NCBI GenBank assembly: GCA_000697335.1
Contig: JNEM01010372.1
Span: 1-39,964, forward strand
Direction of reading: 5' to 3'
Length of the DNA stretch: 39,964 nt
Origin: Conidiobolus incongruus B7586
Lineage: Eukaryota
Of the stretch, positions 26,690 to 37,532 are shown piece by piece (positions within the stretch are counted from its first letter, which is position 1; each line of letters starts with the position of its first letter). Below the pieces are notes generated by a model that was given only the letters and a program-made list of their open reading frames with translations, did not search any database and had not been told where the DNA came from. Made by a program: the position numbers and the translations under genes.

Positions 26690-27504
26690 TATATAATATT
26701 AATTATATATTTATTATAAAATTTATATATAAAAATATTGGTATTATAATAAAATTATTTTAAAATGTTGTAATACTATTTAATTATTATTATTATATAT
26801 TTGTAAATAATTAAATAATATAAATTTTCTATCTATACTAATTACAAAAATTAATTTAAATTTTTCAAACTAGAGTTTTGATATTTGATATATTATTATT
26901 TTATAATTTAAATAATAGGAATTTTTTATGACTAAAAAAATAAATATTTTAATAAATAAAATATAAAATTAATAATTTCTTTTATTTCTAATAACTTTTT
27001 GCTATATTTTTAATAAAGTTTTAATATTTAAAAAATAATTCTTTTTATTAAAGACTAAAATTTAATAATTCACAAACTAATTAAATTTTCCTATAGTAAT
27101 TTTTTTTCTTATAAGTTGGTTTTTTTTAATTATCTAAAATAACTATAATTACATAAATTATAGTCTAAAGAATATATTAGATATAGTAGTTTTTTCTAGT
27201 TATTTTTAATTAGAAAGTTTTTTATAACTTTAACTTTATATATTATATATTTATCATATAAAATAATAAGTTTTCTTAAATTATATTAAAAATACTAATT
27301 AAAAATAATTTTATTTAAAAAAATATAAAGTTTATTATTAATTAATTTATTATTAAAAATTGAATAAAAATAACATATATTATTATAATTTATTACAACA
27401 ATTAATATTCATTTATTAATATATTATTTATTTAAAATAATTTATAAAAAAGGTTGATTTAACTTAATTTAATATTTTGATTTATATATTAATAAAAGAT
27501 TATA

Positions 27505-29077
27505 CACTAACCTGCAAAAGTGAGTCATAAAATCAAAAATATATATATTTTAATTAATAACTAAAACAATTGTATATATTAGATTATTTGAAATTATAAT
27601 ATATAATTAAGGTATATTATTTAATAATAGATAAATATATTTAGATATATTTAGTAAACTATTAGCAAAAATATTAACCTTTAATATTTAACCAAGGTAA
27701 GTTATAAATTTACAGGTTTTTGAGATAAAAGGATATATTTAACAATATATAACTATATCTTTTTTCTCTCTTTGCTATTATTTTATATAATATTTTACAG
27801 ATATACTAAATTTTTTTTATTAGTATCATTATACCTAAATCCCTCTCTAAAAAAATCTACTTGTGTATTAATCAACTTTATAAAAAAAGTAAATCAACTT
27901 GTGATATTGCTAGAATTACTAGTGTTAGCTAGTTTACTATAGTTAAGGTTGTTAAGAATAGCAATAAAAAAACATTTAAACTTAAACTTAAGTGTGTTAA
28001 GATTATAGATGAATATGATGAAAAGTATATCTGTAGGTTGGTTAATACAAGCAAGTATAGTATTACTGTAGAAATACAACAAGAACTACAAGACTATACA
28101 GGAATATTAGTTAGCACTGATACTATTATATGTGCTTTACATTAACATAGATACCACTTACACTTTAAGAAAAAACACCCCCAACTAAAGAAATCCTACT
28201 ATAAAACTAGGTGGGAGTTTAAATGTCACCACTAATGTTAAACTAAAACTAATTAGAGTAAGGTTATTTAATCTGATAAAACAAAAATATACTTTAATAG
28301 ATTTAATAGAAAAGCTAGATACTTTAAAAAAGATACAGAATTACTTTGTGACTATTATGTTAATTTTACCCAAAAGTATAATGGTAGGTTAATTATTGTT
28401 TGGGGATGTATGTTGTCTTTAGGTATAAGGTATCTTTGTAAAGTTAATAGGGGAATTAATGTTGAGATGTATTAAAGTATTCTGAACAATAAATTGAAAA
28501 AAACCATTAAATAGTATAGGTTAAATAAATCTAATGTTATTTTCCAGTAAGATAATGTTTTTTGTTATACTATAGCTTCTACTACCAAATAGCTTAAAAA
28601 TAACAAGATAACAGTTATGAAGTAGCTTCTTTAATCTCCTAACTTTAATCTAATTAAACACCTTTGGGATTAGTTAAAAAAAGTTATTAAAGTTTTCCCC
28701 TTAACAAAAAATTTAAATCAGCTTTAAAAATATATTCAAGAAATATAGAACAAGATTAACCCTTCCTAGTGTAAGAAGTTAGTTGATTCTATACCCCACA
28801 AACTTAAAGAAGTTAGAAAAGCTAAAGGTAGATACACTAGGTTTTAATTTTTTTTTATCATCAAAAACCCACAAATTTATAACTCACCTTAGGTAAAATT
28901 TAAAGGTTTATATTTTAACCAATTAATAGCTAAATATCATCATTTAATGATATATATAACTAATAAATATAATAGATTTTAATTATTTAATTTAGGTTTA
29001 TTTTATTAAATAATAATTAAGTTATTAGTAAAAATATAGGTGTTTTTGGTTTTATAACTTACTTTTATAGGTTAGTG
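27505..29077 (+). mobile_element. Tc1-family (DD34E) transposon, 1573 bp, ~225-bp IR-DR-type terminal repeats, nested in mariner copy 2
   Basis: TA on both sides. Left end cactaacctgcaaaagtgagtcataaaatcaaaaa; right end (reverse complement) cactaacctataaaagtaagttataaaaccaaaaa. A second similar block lies near 27670-27730 and 28855-28915. Confidence 0.93.
27831..28847 (+). pseudogene. Tc1 transposase pseudogene: 339-codon frame, start ATG>ATA, 16 internal TAA/TAG stops, no frameshift
   Basis: KVI*SDKTKI (cf. VIWSDETKI), IIVWGCM, FQ*DN, *LL*SPNFNLIKHLW (cf. WPPQSPDLNPIEHLW; 34 residues from D to the E position), LVDSIP...KAKGRYTRF*. Confidence 0.93.
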
Positions 29078-30206
29078 TATAAAAAATTTAAGATTTATTA
29101 ATTATAATAATTTATTATAAACACTTTAGTTTCTAACTATAACTTAATAAATTCTATTAAAAAATAACTACTCTAACTTTTTTTAAGCTTTAATTAAATT
29201 ATAAAGTATTTTTTTTATATTTTTATAAATTAATTTTAATTTAAACTTTAAAATATATAAAATACTTATGTAACTAATATTAAAATATCTTGATAATTCT
29301 ATAATTAAAATAAAAAGATATTTTTAATATATTTTTTTAAATTATTATTAATTAAAAAAGAAAAAATTAAAATTAGTTTTTTAAATATTAATAGGTTTTA
29401 AATAATTTCTCTCTTAACTTTAAAATAATTTATCTAATAATAAATTATTGATTTAAATAATATTTTATTATTAAAATCTGTTTATAAATTTTAAATAATT
29501 TTATAGGGTTTATGGTTTAGGTTTATTATTATTAAAATAAAAAACTTTTAATAATTATTATTCAAATATAATTAAATTAAATAACCAATTTTAAAAAATT
29601 ATTTTTTAATCAAAAAAATTATTATATATAAAATTTAAAACTATTTATATTTTTATTTGTTTTGTATATACTTTTTATTTAAAACTAATAATAAGTTTGA
29701 AAAATCAAAAATTGAAAAATTTCTGATTTCTTTAATTCTATGGTAATAACTTTAAAATAATATTTTAGATAATATATGAATATAGTGAATATAATTTTAA
29801 TTTATTGGAGATAATTTGTAAATTAATAGAATAAAATGAAATTGAGTAAATATAATGAATTAAATGTAAATTAAAAATATTAATAGAATCATTCAAAAAC
29901 AGTGTAAATCTTGATATCTATAATATAAAGACATACATATCAATTGTAAAAAAATACGTCAAATTTTGAGTTAATTTTGTTCTAAAAACAAAATTACAAA
30001 GCATATTTATTACATACTTAAATGATATTCAAAAGAATCTTGATCATTGTTATAACATAGCTTGTTTGGTTAATATTAAATATAATTTATTATTCAAATA
30101 TATCTTTATTAATTAATTTTATAAAAATAATTAAACTTAACTAAAAAATTGTATATATTTGTCAGTATACTCTATATTATATTATATTCAACCATGTTTG
30201 ATTTAT

Positions 30207-30629
30207 TTAAAATGTAAAAATTGATAACATTAAAATTAAAACTAAAATATGTAAATTGGTTAATACTTTAACTGTCATATTGGTGTTTGAAGTGTTTTTA
30301 GTTGATGGAGCAGATGTATTTTTGGGACCATCTCTACACCAAAACAAAACTTGATTGTCTGAAATTCCACAATTTGCTCTTGTGTCATTATTGAAAGTTT
30401 GATTGTATGTATTGGACCATGTCTTATACTCGTCGGTAGTGTTAAAGTTACAAGCTATATGAAAACCGCATTCAAATATTTCGCCAGTAGTTTCACAAGA
30501 TTTTTGGAAATTGAAAATTCGATCTATATCAGAATGTATATCTGATACTACAACACAACCATGGGGACTAATATGGTAATCATATATTGTGAATGGACCT
30601 TTTTGGTGAGGATTCGTAGAGTTACTCAT
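30207..30629 (-). CDS. Small Cys-rich protein with S/T/N-rich spacer and hydrophobic C-terminal tail (GPI-signal-like); true N-terminus uncertain
   Basis: 140-aa ORF with 6 Cys and coding-like composition; tail VLTNLHILVLILMLSIFTF. An upstream in-frame ATG at 30686 is blocked by TAG at 30633-30635. Confidence 0.6.
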   Translation of the reverse strand: MSNSTNPHQKGPFTIYDYHISPHGCVVVSDIHSDIDRIFNFQKSCETTGEIFECGFHIACNFNTTDEYKTWSNTYNQTFNNDTRANCGISDNQVLFWCRDGPKNTSAPSTKNTSNTNMTVKVLTNLHILVLILMLSIFTF

Positions 30630-33147
30630 ATTCTATATATTAATAAAATTAACTATATCAATTAAAATCCAGATCCATAAATTCATAATGCCTCATTTAT
30701 ATAGTTTTTTTTTGAATTCTCAGACTCTAGATATAACATTTTGTCCAAATATATTGAGAAAATTCAACAGATTGTGTTCAATAAAAGCATGTTATCAGGT
30801 TTTACAATGGTAGATGAAAGGATTTTAAATGGACATCGATTAATAAGGTACTATAACTTTTCATATTAGTAATGTAAGTAATTTGAATAATAACACAATA
30901 GCTTTGTAAATTTCACTTAAAGATAATATCCAATAAACCGTATTAAATAATCATCATTACAGTAAATTTAGTAAATTTAATGATTTTAGATAGTTCTCTT
31001 TGGAATTGGAAATACTAAAAGCAAACTAATCAATAAGTATATTTAGCAATAAACATTTCTAATACAAAGGAATTGAACGGATATTATATAGTTATTTTTA
31101 AAATCAAATTAGATGTATAACTTGATAATTTGATGTAAAAAACATTGTTATTTTTTATATTGACCATTTTAAAATTGTAGTATATCAAAAGGTCATTGGG
31201 TGCAATTGCTATAAAAAATATCAAAAATTAATATAATATAATAAATTATTCAGTGTTAAACTTAAAAATATATGTATATATTTTTATTTTTTAATATTTG
31301 AATTTTTTCTAATATTTTACTACCATATATCATTTATCTTATTTTTAACTCTAATAGTTTTCAGTTCAATTTTTTAAGATTTGTTAAAGCATTTATTCAT
31401 ATTAATTTAACTATGATTACCCCATAATTCTAAAATCAGATAAAATAGATATTTTTACATATTTAATATAAAAATTAAATAATTTTTTTTCGATTAATAT
31501 GATAAAACAATAAAGGAGTTGATTAATTTTTAGTTATAACCAATGTGATATTTGCTATTCGTATCTTAAATTTCATATCATACTATTAATAATGAATACA
31601 CTTAATCAAAATTAATAACACTTTATAGATGTTAAAATACAATTATCCCAATATAAACTATTTAAATTATGGATCTAATAAATTCATTTATAATATTTCG
31701 ATATATTATAATTTTAAGTATACACATGATGCGAATATCAACATTAGTTCTAAAAATACTTTAAATATAAACCTTAAACTTAACCAATATAGTATAGGCA
31801 ATTAGATAACAAGAAATTAATGATTTGTAAATGAAATCATAGAACGATATCTAATATTAAAAGAACCTCTAATAATCATACTACTTTTCTATGTTATAAA
31901 TAATGATGTTTCAATATTAAATATTTTTGAATATATGCTATCATATGCCATTATTGTAAATTTAATCAAAAATTATAATTTATATGCTATCCAAATACTT
32001 AATATTAATTCCCAAAACTAATCACTAATTTTTCTCTATTCACTATAAAAAAAGAGTTAATATATCAATAAATTTAACCAATAAAATATCAGTATTATCA
32101 CAACATCTAGCATAACTGTTAAATCCCAAATTCCCACTCAAAATTATTCTCAATTAATCATAAGAGATGAGAATTGATTTTTTTTTGAATTGGGTAAATT
32201 TGGTAACTTAAAACTCTTCAAAGTTTCAGATAATTTATGGCGAATATGTGTCCTATTGGTTATTATTGTTGGTACTTGAAATTTTTGATAATTATAATAT
32301 ATTTTTATTATAATTGTTTTGCTTATCATTAAGTTGTTTGGGTTATTGGAATGGCATTGATTCATTATTCAAGTGAATACAATATAGTACAATATTAGTA
32401 ATTTAATTGATAAAAGTATATTCAGAATATGAATTATGATGTGGAGTCTAGTGTTTATACCAAGATAATTTGTTCAATTAAAAAAGTATTACATGCTCTA
32501 TATGATCGGCAAAATATATTAGATTCATTTGGGAATATAATAATAAGGAAAAGTTTTTATACTTTGGTTAAAAAATTGATCAATTCACTTTTTGGAAATA
32601 TAAGGAATATTTAGATGAATTGATGAATTACCAACAACAAACAAAATATTAAACATAAAAATTCAATAATAGGTAAAGTAATTAATTTAAAAAAATATAT
32701 CAAAGAGCTTCAATTAACCCAAAATAAAATAACAAAATTCAATAAAAGAAAAAATCTAAAATATAAAAGTATGAATTTTGAAACAGCTAATTTAAATCAA
32801 AATTTCACATTCAAAAAAATATTTTAAAAAACGGTAATTTTTTAATTTTTTTTATTCTAATAAATGGAAGATTTTTTTAACTGTTTGAAATTGTTAATAA
32901 TCAATAATTAATCTCTTATCTCTTAATTAAGTTTTTCTCTCTCAAATTTATTTAATAACAACAAAAAAACAAAATAATAATCATAATAAGTGAATATTGA
33001 ATTAATATATCATTGCTTAATAATTTATTCAAATAATTTTTATAAATAATAAAATATCGTTTATATAATTAATTAATATCAATTTAATTCTAATTAAATA
33101 ATTAATTCAATAATTAAAATTAGTAAAATATTTCAAGTTGAAAAGAG

Positions 33148-33248
33148 GTAATTAAAATTAATCTTCACATTTTATAATATTGTGATAAATTGATTTTACT
33201 AATTCTCAATAATCCTTTATTCATATAATAATATTAATTTTTTTCCAG
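33148..33248 (+). other. Probable 5'-UTR intron of the ankyrin gene
   Basis: AG|GTAATT donor at 33148, TACTAAT branch-like motif near 33198, poly-pyrimidine ttttttccAG ending at 33248, one base before the ATG at 33250. Confidence 0.55.
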
Positions 33249-33249
33249 T

Positions 33250-35007
33250 ATGACTTCAACTTCTTCATGTGAACTCAAAACTGACTCTCCATTCAACTCT
33301 ATAAGAAGTTATGAAGACTTTTCGGAATTAGAAGACGAAGAAGAAATTGACAAGTTATTATTATTGCAAACTAGAATATTTGAAGCTATCTGTAACGAAA
33401 GTAGGAGTACTTTAAAAAAATTATTTGAAACCAGTTCCGCTAGTTTAGTATTACAAATTTTATTAACATTTACTTATCCTAACACCGATTTACACTTTTT
33501 TCACGATGCCGATTTTCTTATCGATGCGGAAGAATTGTTAGGCCCTTCTGTTAAAAATTTAAATGCTATTCAAGCTGCTTGTATGCTGGGCGACGAAGAA
33601 TTGGCTTTGGATATTTTGAATTTTGTTATAACGCAGTGTGAATTAATGGACGCTAGAAAGGTTTTATTCGAATTTTTATCTAAAGTTTGGGGTGATAACT
33701 GTACTACGCTTCACTTGGCTAGTTTTATGGGTATGTCGGAATTAGTGAAAAAACTGTTGGAATCGGGTGCTAATCCCAATAAAGTGAATGACCGTAAGTA
33801 TAAACCGGTGGATTGTGCTGACGATGATAAAACTAGAGCTCTGTTTTTGAACTTGTCAGAGGGTAAAGTAACTAGATTATTGCAATTTTTATATTTAATT
33901 AATACCATGTTTAGTTGTAAGATTTCCAATCAGAAGAACTTTATCTGTGGATGGCGGTGGGTATAAAGCTCCCAATAAGTTTGAACCCATTTTTACCAAA
34001 GGACCATACAACTCTTTGGATCGTCAGAATTCGCTCAAAACTTCATACTCTATCAGAAACAAAGATCTTGGACTTGAATCAGTATCCGAATCACCACCTC
34101 TACAAATGCAACGTGCCTTTTCACTTCAAACTCAGGATTTAACTGAATCGCTTTCCTCATCTGAGAGTATTACACTCAAACCCAAACCCTCAAGGAGAAT
34201 CAAATTTGATCCTCTCACGCTAGCACTCGATTACGCACGACAAGGCGATTCAGTGCACCTTCAAAAGATTTTAGAAAGTAGTGATAATGTAGCCTATTTC
34301 CAATCTGTTTTAGAACACGAAGGTCTTCCAAGTGTTTATGACTTGGTCACGCCCCATACCAGAATGTCTCTGCTTCACCTCGCGGCCAGTTACAATCACC
34401 TTACCGTTTGTCAGTATCTCATTGAGAAGGGCGCAAGTACCAATGTGACAGATTTGGAGGGCTGGACCCCACTCCACTGCTGTGCAGCTGAAGGCCATAC
34501 GATGGTTGTCAAACTCCTTCTATCTGTACAAAATATATCACTAGATAAACTCAATTCGGACCAAGAGACTGCATTAGATGTCTGCCAAGACGAGAATATC
34601 AGGAGGATGATAAAAGGTACAATATATTATTATTGACAATTAATTTTATCTAATTATCAAGTATAATAGACAAAATAGTACGACGCATGAGTCTAGATAT
34701 AAGCAAACTCGAAGAATCTATAAAATACAATTCCATTGAAGATTGGGAAGGGTGTATCCAACCCAGGCAAGTTTACAACGGACCTCGCGGGTTCCGAAGC
34801 TCAAGTTCATCCAGAATTGATTTGGGATCGCTAACATCCCCACTGGGTAGTATGGTGTCAGATACTTCCATCCCAACAAATTCATCAGTCACCTCATCGC
34901 CAGCATCTTCCAACCATAGTCTCAATACCAAAGAATCCAAATCTTTCGGCTTATCGGGACTAGCGAAATTTTTTTCCCCATCCAAGCGCTTTACCCCCAT
35001 CTCGTGA
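33250..35007 (+). CDS. Ankyrin-repeat protein with RVxF-type PP1-docking motif (MYPT/ASPP-like module), 3 exons (33250-33862, 33915-34616, 34670-35007), ~550 aa
   Basis: Ankyrin repeats TTLHLAS..LLESGANPN, SLLHLAA..LIEKGA, GWTPLHCCAAEGH; RRIKFDPL precedes the second ankyrin block; introns 33863-33914 and 34617-34669 join the three listed ORFs in frame. Confidence 0.88.
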
Positions 35008-35293
35008 CATATTACTCTATCAACGACGATAAATCCATTAATATAAATAATAATTATTTTATATATAACAATTATTTGAACCAAAAATTATGTTTTTGGA
35101 CGAATCTTAGTTGGTCATCAACAATAGTATTAAAAAATATCGGATATTTTAATTAAATATTTGTATTAAAATATTTAAAAAAATATTAATCTTTGTGAAT
35201 AAAATAATATTGAAATTATAATTTTAGTTTATTAAAGGGTTGTTGATTGAATTTAGATTTAAGATATAAAAAAAAGTTGAAAACTAAAAGAGT

Positions 35294-35377
35294 TGCTGAC
35301 AGTGAGGTTCGAACTCACGCCCCGTTACCGGGAGGGGATCTTAAGTCACCCGCCTTGGACCACTCGGCCATATCAGC
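35294..35377 (-). tRNA. tRNA-Leu, anticodon TAA, 84 nt, intronless
   Basis: GCTGATA/TGTCAGC acceptor stem plus A73; D-arm TGGCCGAGTGGTCCAAGGC; loop CTTAAGA; long variable arm CCCG-GTAA-CGGG; T-arm GTGAG-TTCGAAC-CTCAC; downstream T-runs consistent with a Pol III terminator. Confidence 0.96.
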
Positions 35378-35719
35378 ATATATAAGTTGATATAAAATTA
35401 TTAGTATTTTGGCAATTGGTTTAACAGTCCATTTATATAACATATTCATCATATTATCATACCCATTTAAATTATATCTTTTTTTCAACCTTCAATAAAA
35501 TTTCAAGTAATTTTGGTTATATTTTCTCAAAACTAATTTAAATATATATATGATTTCATACTATTCATTTTGAAAAATTTATTAAATATTTCATTATATA
35601 ACACTGCATTAACAAGACCTATATAATAAAACCTTGAAAAGTATTAAAATGATAAAAAAACAATCGGATAAAATACATTAAAACCTTAAAAATCTTTCAC
35701 AAAATATTCACTCACTTAC

Positions 35720-36140
35720 TCAATGGTGATAATGAACAGCTAAACTAAATAAAATTAGAAAAATAATATACCATTATCTAAATTTGAACTTACTTGTAAC
35801 CAGCAAATGTCAAAAACAGAACTATCATAAACAAGTTCAAAATTGCAAACACTCGTGCACTCCTATGAATGCTTCGAATGCCGTAGAAGAATCCCGGAAC
35901 CCAAGCAATTGGGACAATGAATCCCATTAGGAAGCAACCCCAAGCTATGTCGAAAGTGTGGGGAGGGTCGTCTTGCAAGGGTTGTTGGTCATTGTTAGTG
36001 TGCATATACACTACACTGTGGTGAGTATGTGGTTCGTTGTTAGGATTAGTTGGAAATGAACCATATTGACCTTGACTTTGACCACCGTGGTTGTTATTAA
36101 TAGGAGCGTATTGGGGAGGTTGATCAGACTTAGTAGACAT
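35720..36140 (-). CDS. Small membrane protein with N-terminal PPxY motif and C-terminal hydrophobic segments (123 aa spliced; 116 aa ending at 35790 if unspliced)
   Basis: PPQY, disordered N/Q/H/P-rich N-terminus, hydrophobic IAWGCFLMGFIVPIAWVPGFFY and VFAILNLFMIVLFLTFAG. A GTAAGT donor overlaps the ORF stop; a 49-nt intron 35745-35793 gives ...NLAVHYHH*. Confidence 0.75.
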
Positions 36141-37532
36141 TTTTGATATTTAGTTAATAAACTGTAATAATACTAATAATATTGAATATAAACTAATTAT
36201 TATTTAGAAAATTTAAATTTCTCATTTTGAGGAATTAGCTAGTATTTATATTATTATTTCAATTATTTAAAAGGAGTTTGAGGTAATCATTACATCATTA
36301 CCAAAATGGTAAATTTCAATACAATTTCACCTTTTTAGTTTGGATTTTATTCTTAATTAATACCAGTTTTTAGATTTTTTAAAATGAATATTAATTTATA
36401 ACATTTAAAAGTATACTCTCAGAATTATATATATAAATATATATACCTTGTTAGAATATATACTTTTTTATACAATATTAATACTTATAATGTTTTCATT
36501 TCGATAATTTAGAGCAACCAAATATTTGATGTAGATCTCAATTGCCATTTAATATTTATCACTCTTTCAATCTATTAACTAATTTTGAAATAATTGAAAT
36601 CTTACTGGTTAATTACAAGTACATACAATTTAATTAAAAGATTTTAATATCTAACTAGTTATCAACAACGCCGCTTTGAAGATAATGCTTAAATATTTGT
36701 TTTCGAATTAATAAGAATGCTTTTTTATCAAATGTTCAAATTGGTTATTTTATAATGCACACGATTTTAATAATAAAATATAGATTCATGATGATGATTT
36801 TATAAATAATATTGTAAATTATATATATTTTGCAACAGTATGTATCGATACAAGGAAAGCAGTGTAAATTAATACATTTAAAATATTTGACAATATAAAT
36901 ATATTTCAATCTATATTGTTGGAATCTGATAGTGTTATTTTTCAATTTTCAACATATTGAAATTAATAATTGATGGGTAAACAATGTAAATACTCAATTG
37001 AATAATAATAATATTGTATGAAGTTATTAATTTTCAATTAATATGTATCAATTTTAATAAATGAATTTTCAAAAAAAATTGAATAGTTCAACTTTATAAC
37101 AAACTTCAAATATAAAAATATTCCATTTGATATTTTTTGATTTCAATCCATATTTGAATTACAGAAATATAAATTAAATTCATCAAAGTATATAATTCTT
37201 TCATAATAATAATAATATATTTAACAGTGTTATTAATTTTAATTCAAAATATTTCCAAAATTAATGGGTGATGATGATCTACTAAGCCATTAATCATAAC
37301 AACAAATCTTCCAAATTGACAACAAAAATTTTGAAATTTTGTTTATTAAATTTGAATTTTTAAAATTTACGAAGTTAATGGATATTGATAAATATTGGAT
37401 GGTTGAATATATATTATAATATGTTCTTTGGAAATAGTATCAATTTATTAATTTTTCATAAGTTAGTTGTTTAAAATTTTATTATTTTTTGCATTTTGAA
37501 ATATTTTTAATAATTTGTATTTATTAATTAAC

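Larger units (their letters stand above)
26896..29746 (-). mobile_element. Mariner copy 2 (same family and orientation as copy 1, ~1.28 kb net), heavily AT-mutated and split by a nested Tc1 insertion
   Basis: TA-flanked TIRs (ttattttataatttaaataataggaa ... aattctatggtaa). 26896-27504 and 29078-29746 are collinear with copy 1, differing mostly by C>T and G>A. Confidence 0.88.

Noticed and set aside
27831..28847. Alternative genetic code (TAA/TAG read as Gln) making the Tc1 transposase intact
   Set aside because: Stops also occupy conserved Trp positions, catalytic residues are mutated, and host genes here terminate with TAA/TAG.
31417..31446. Mariner TIR-like ttaccccataattctaaaatcaga
   Set aside because: Preceded by GA rather than TA; no partner TIR or convincing transposase motif found.
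13549..36945. Short Ile/Asn/Lys/Tyr-rich ORFs in spacers (13549, 21758, 32150, 32429, 36745) and 27894-28082
   Set aside because: Composition expected by chance in very AT-rich DNA; 27894-28082 is antisense to the Tc1 transposase.
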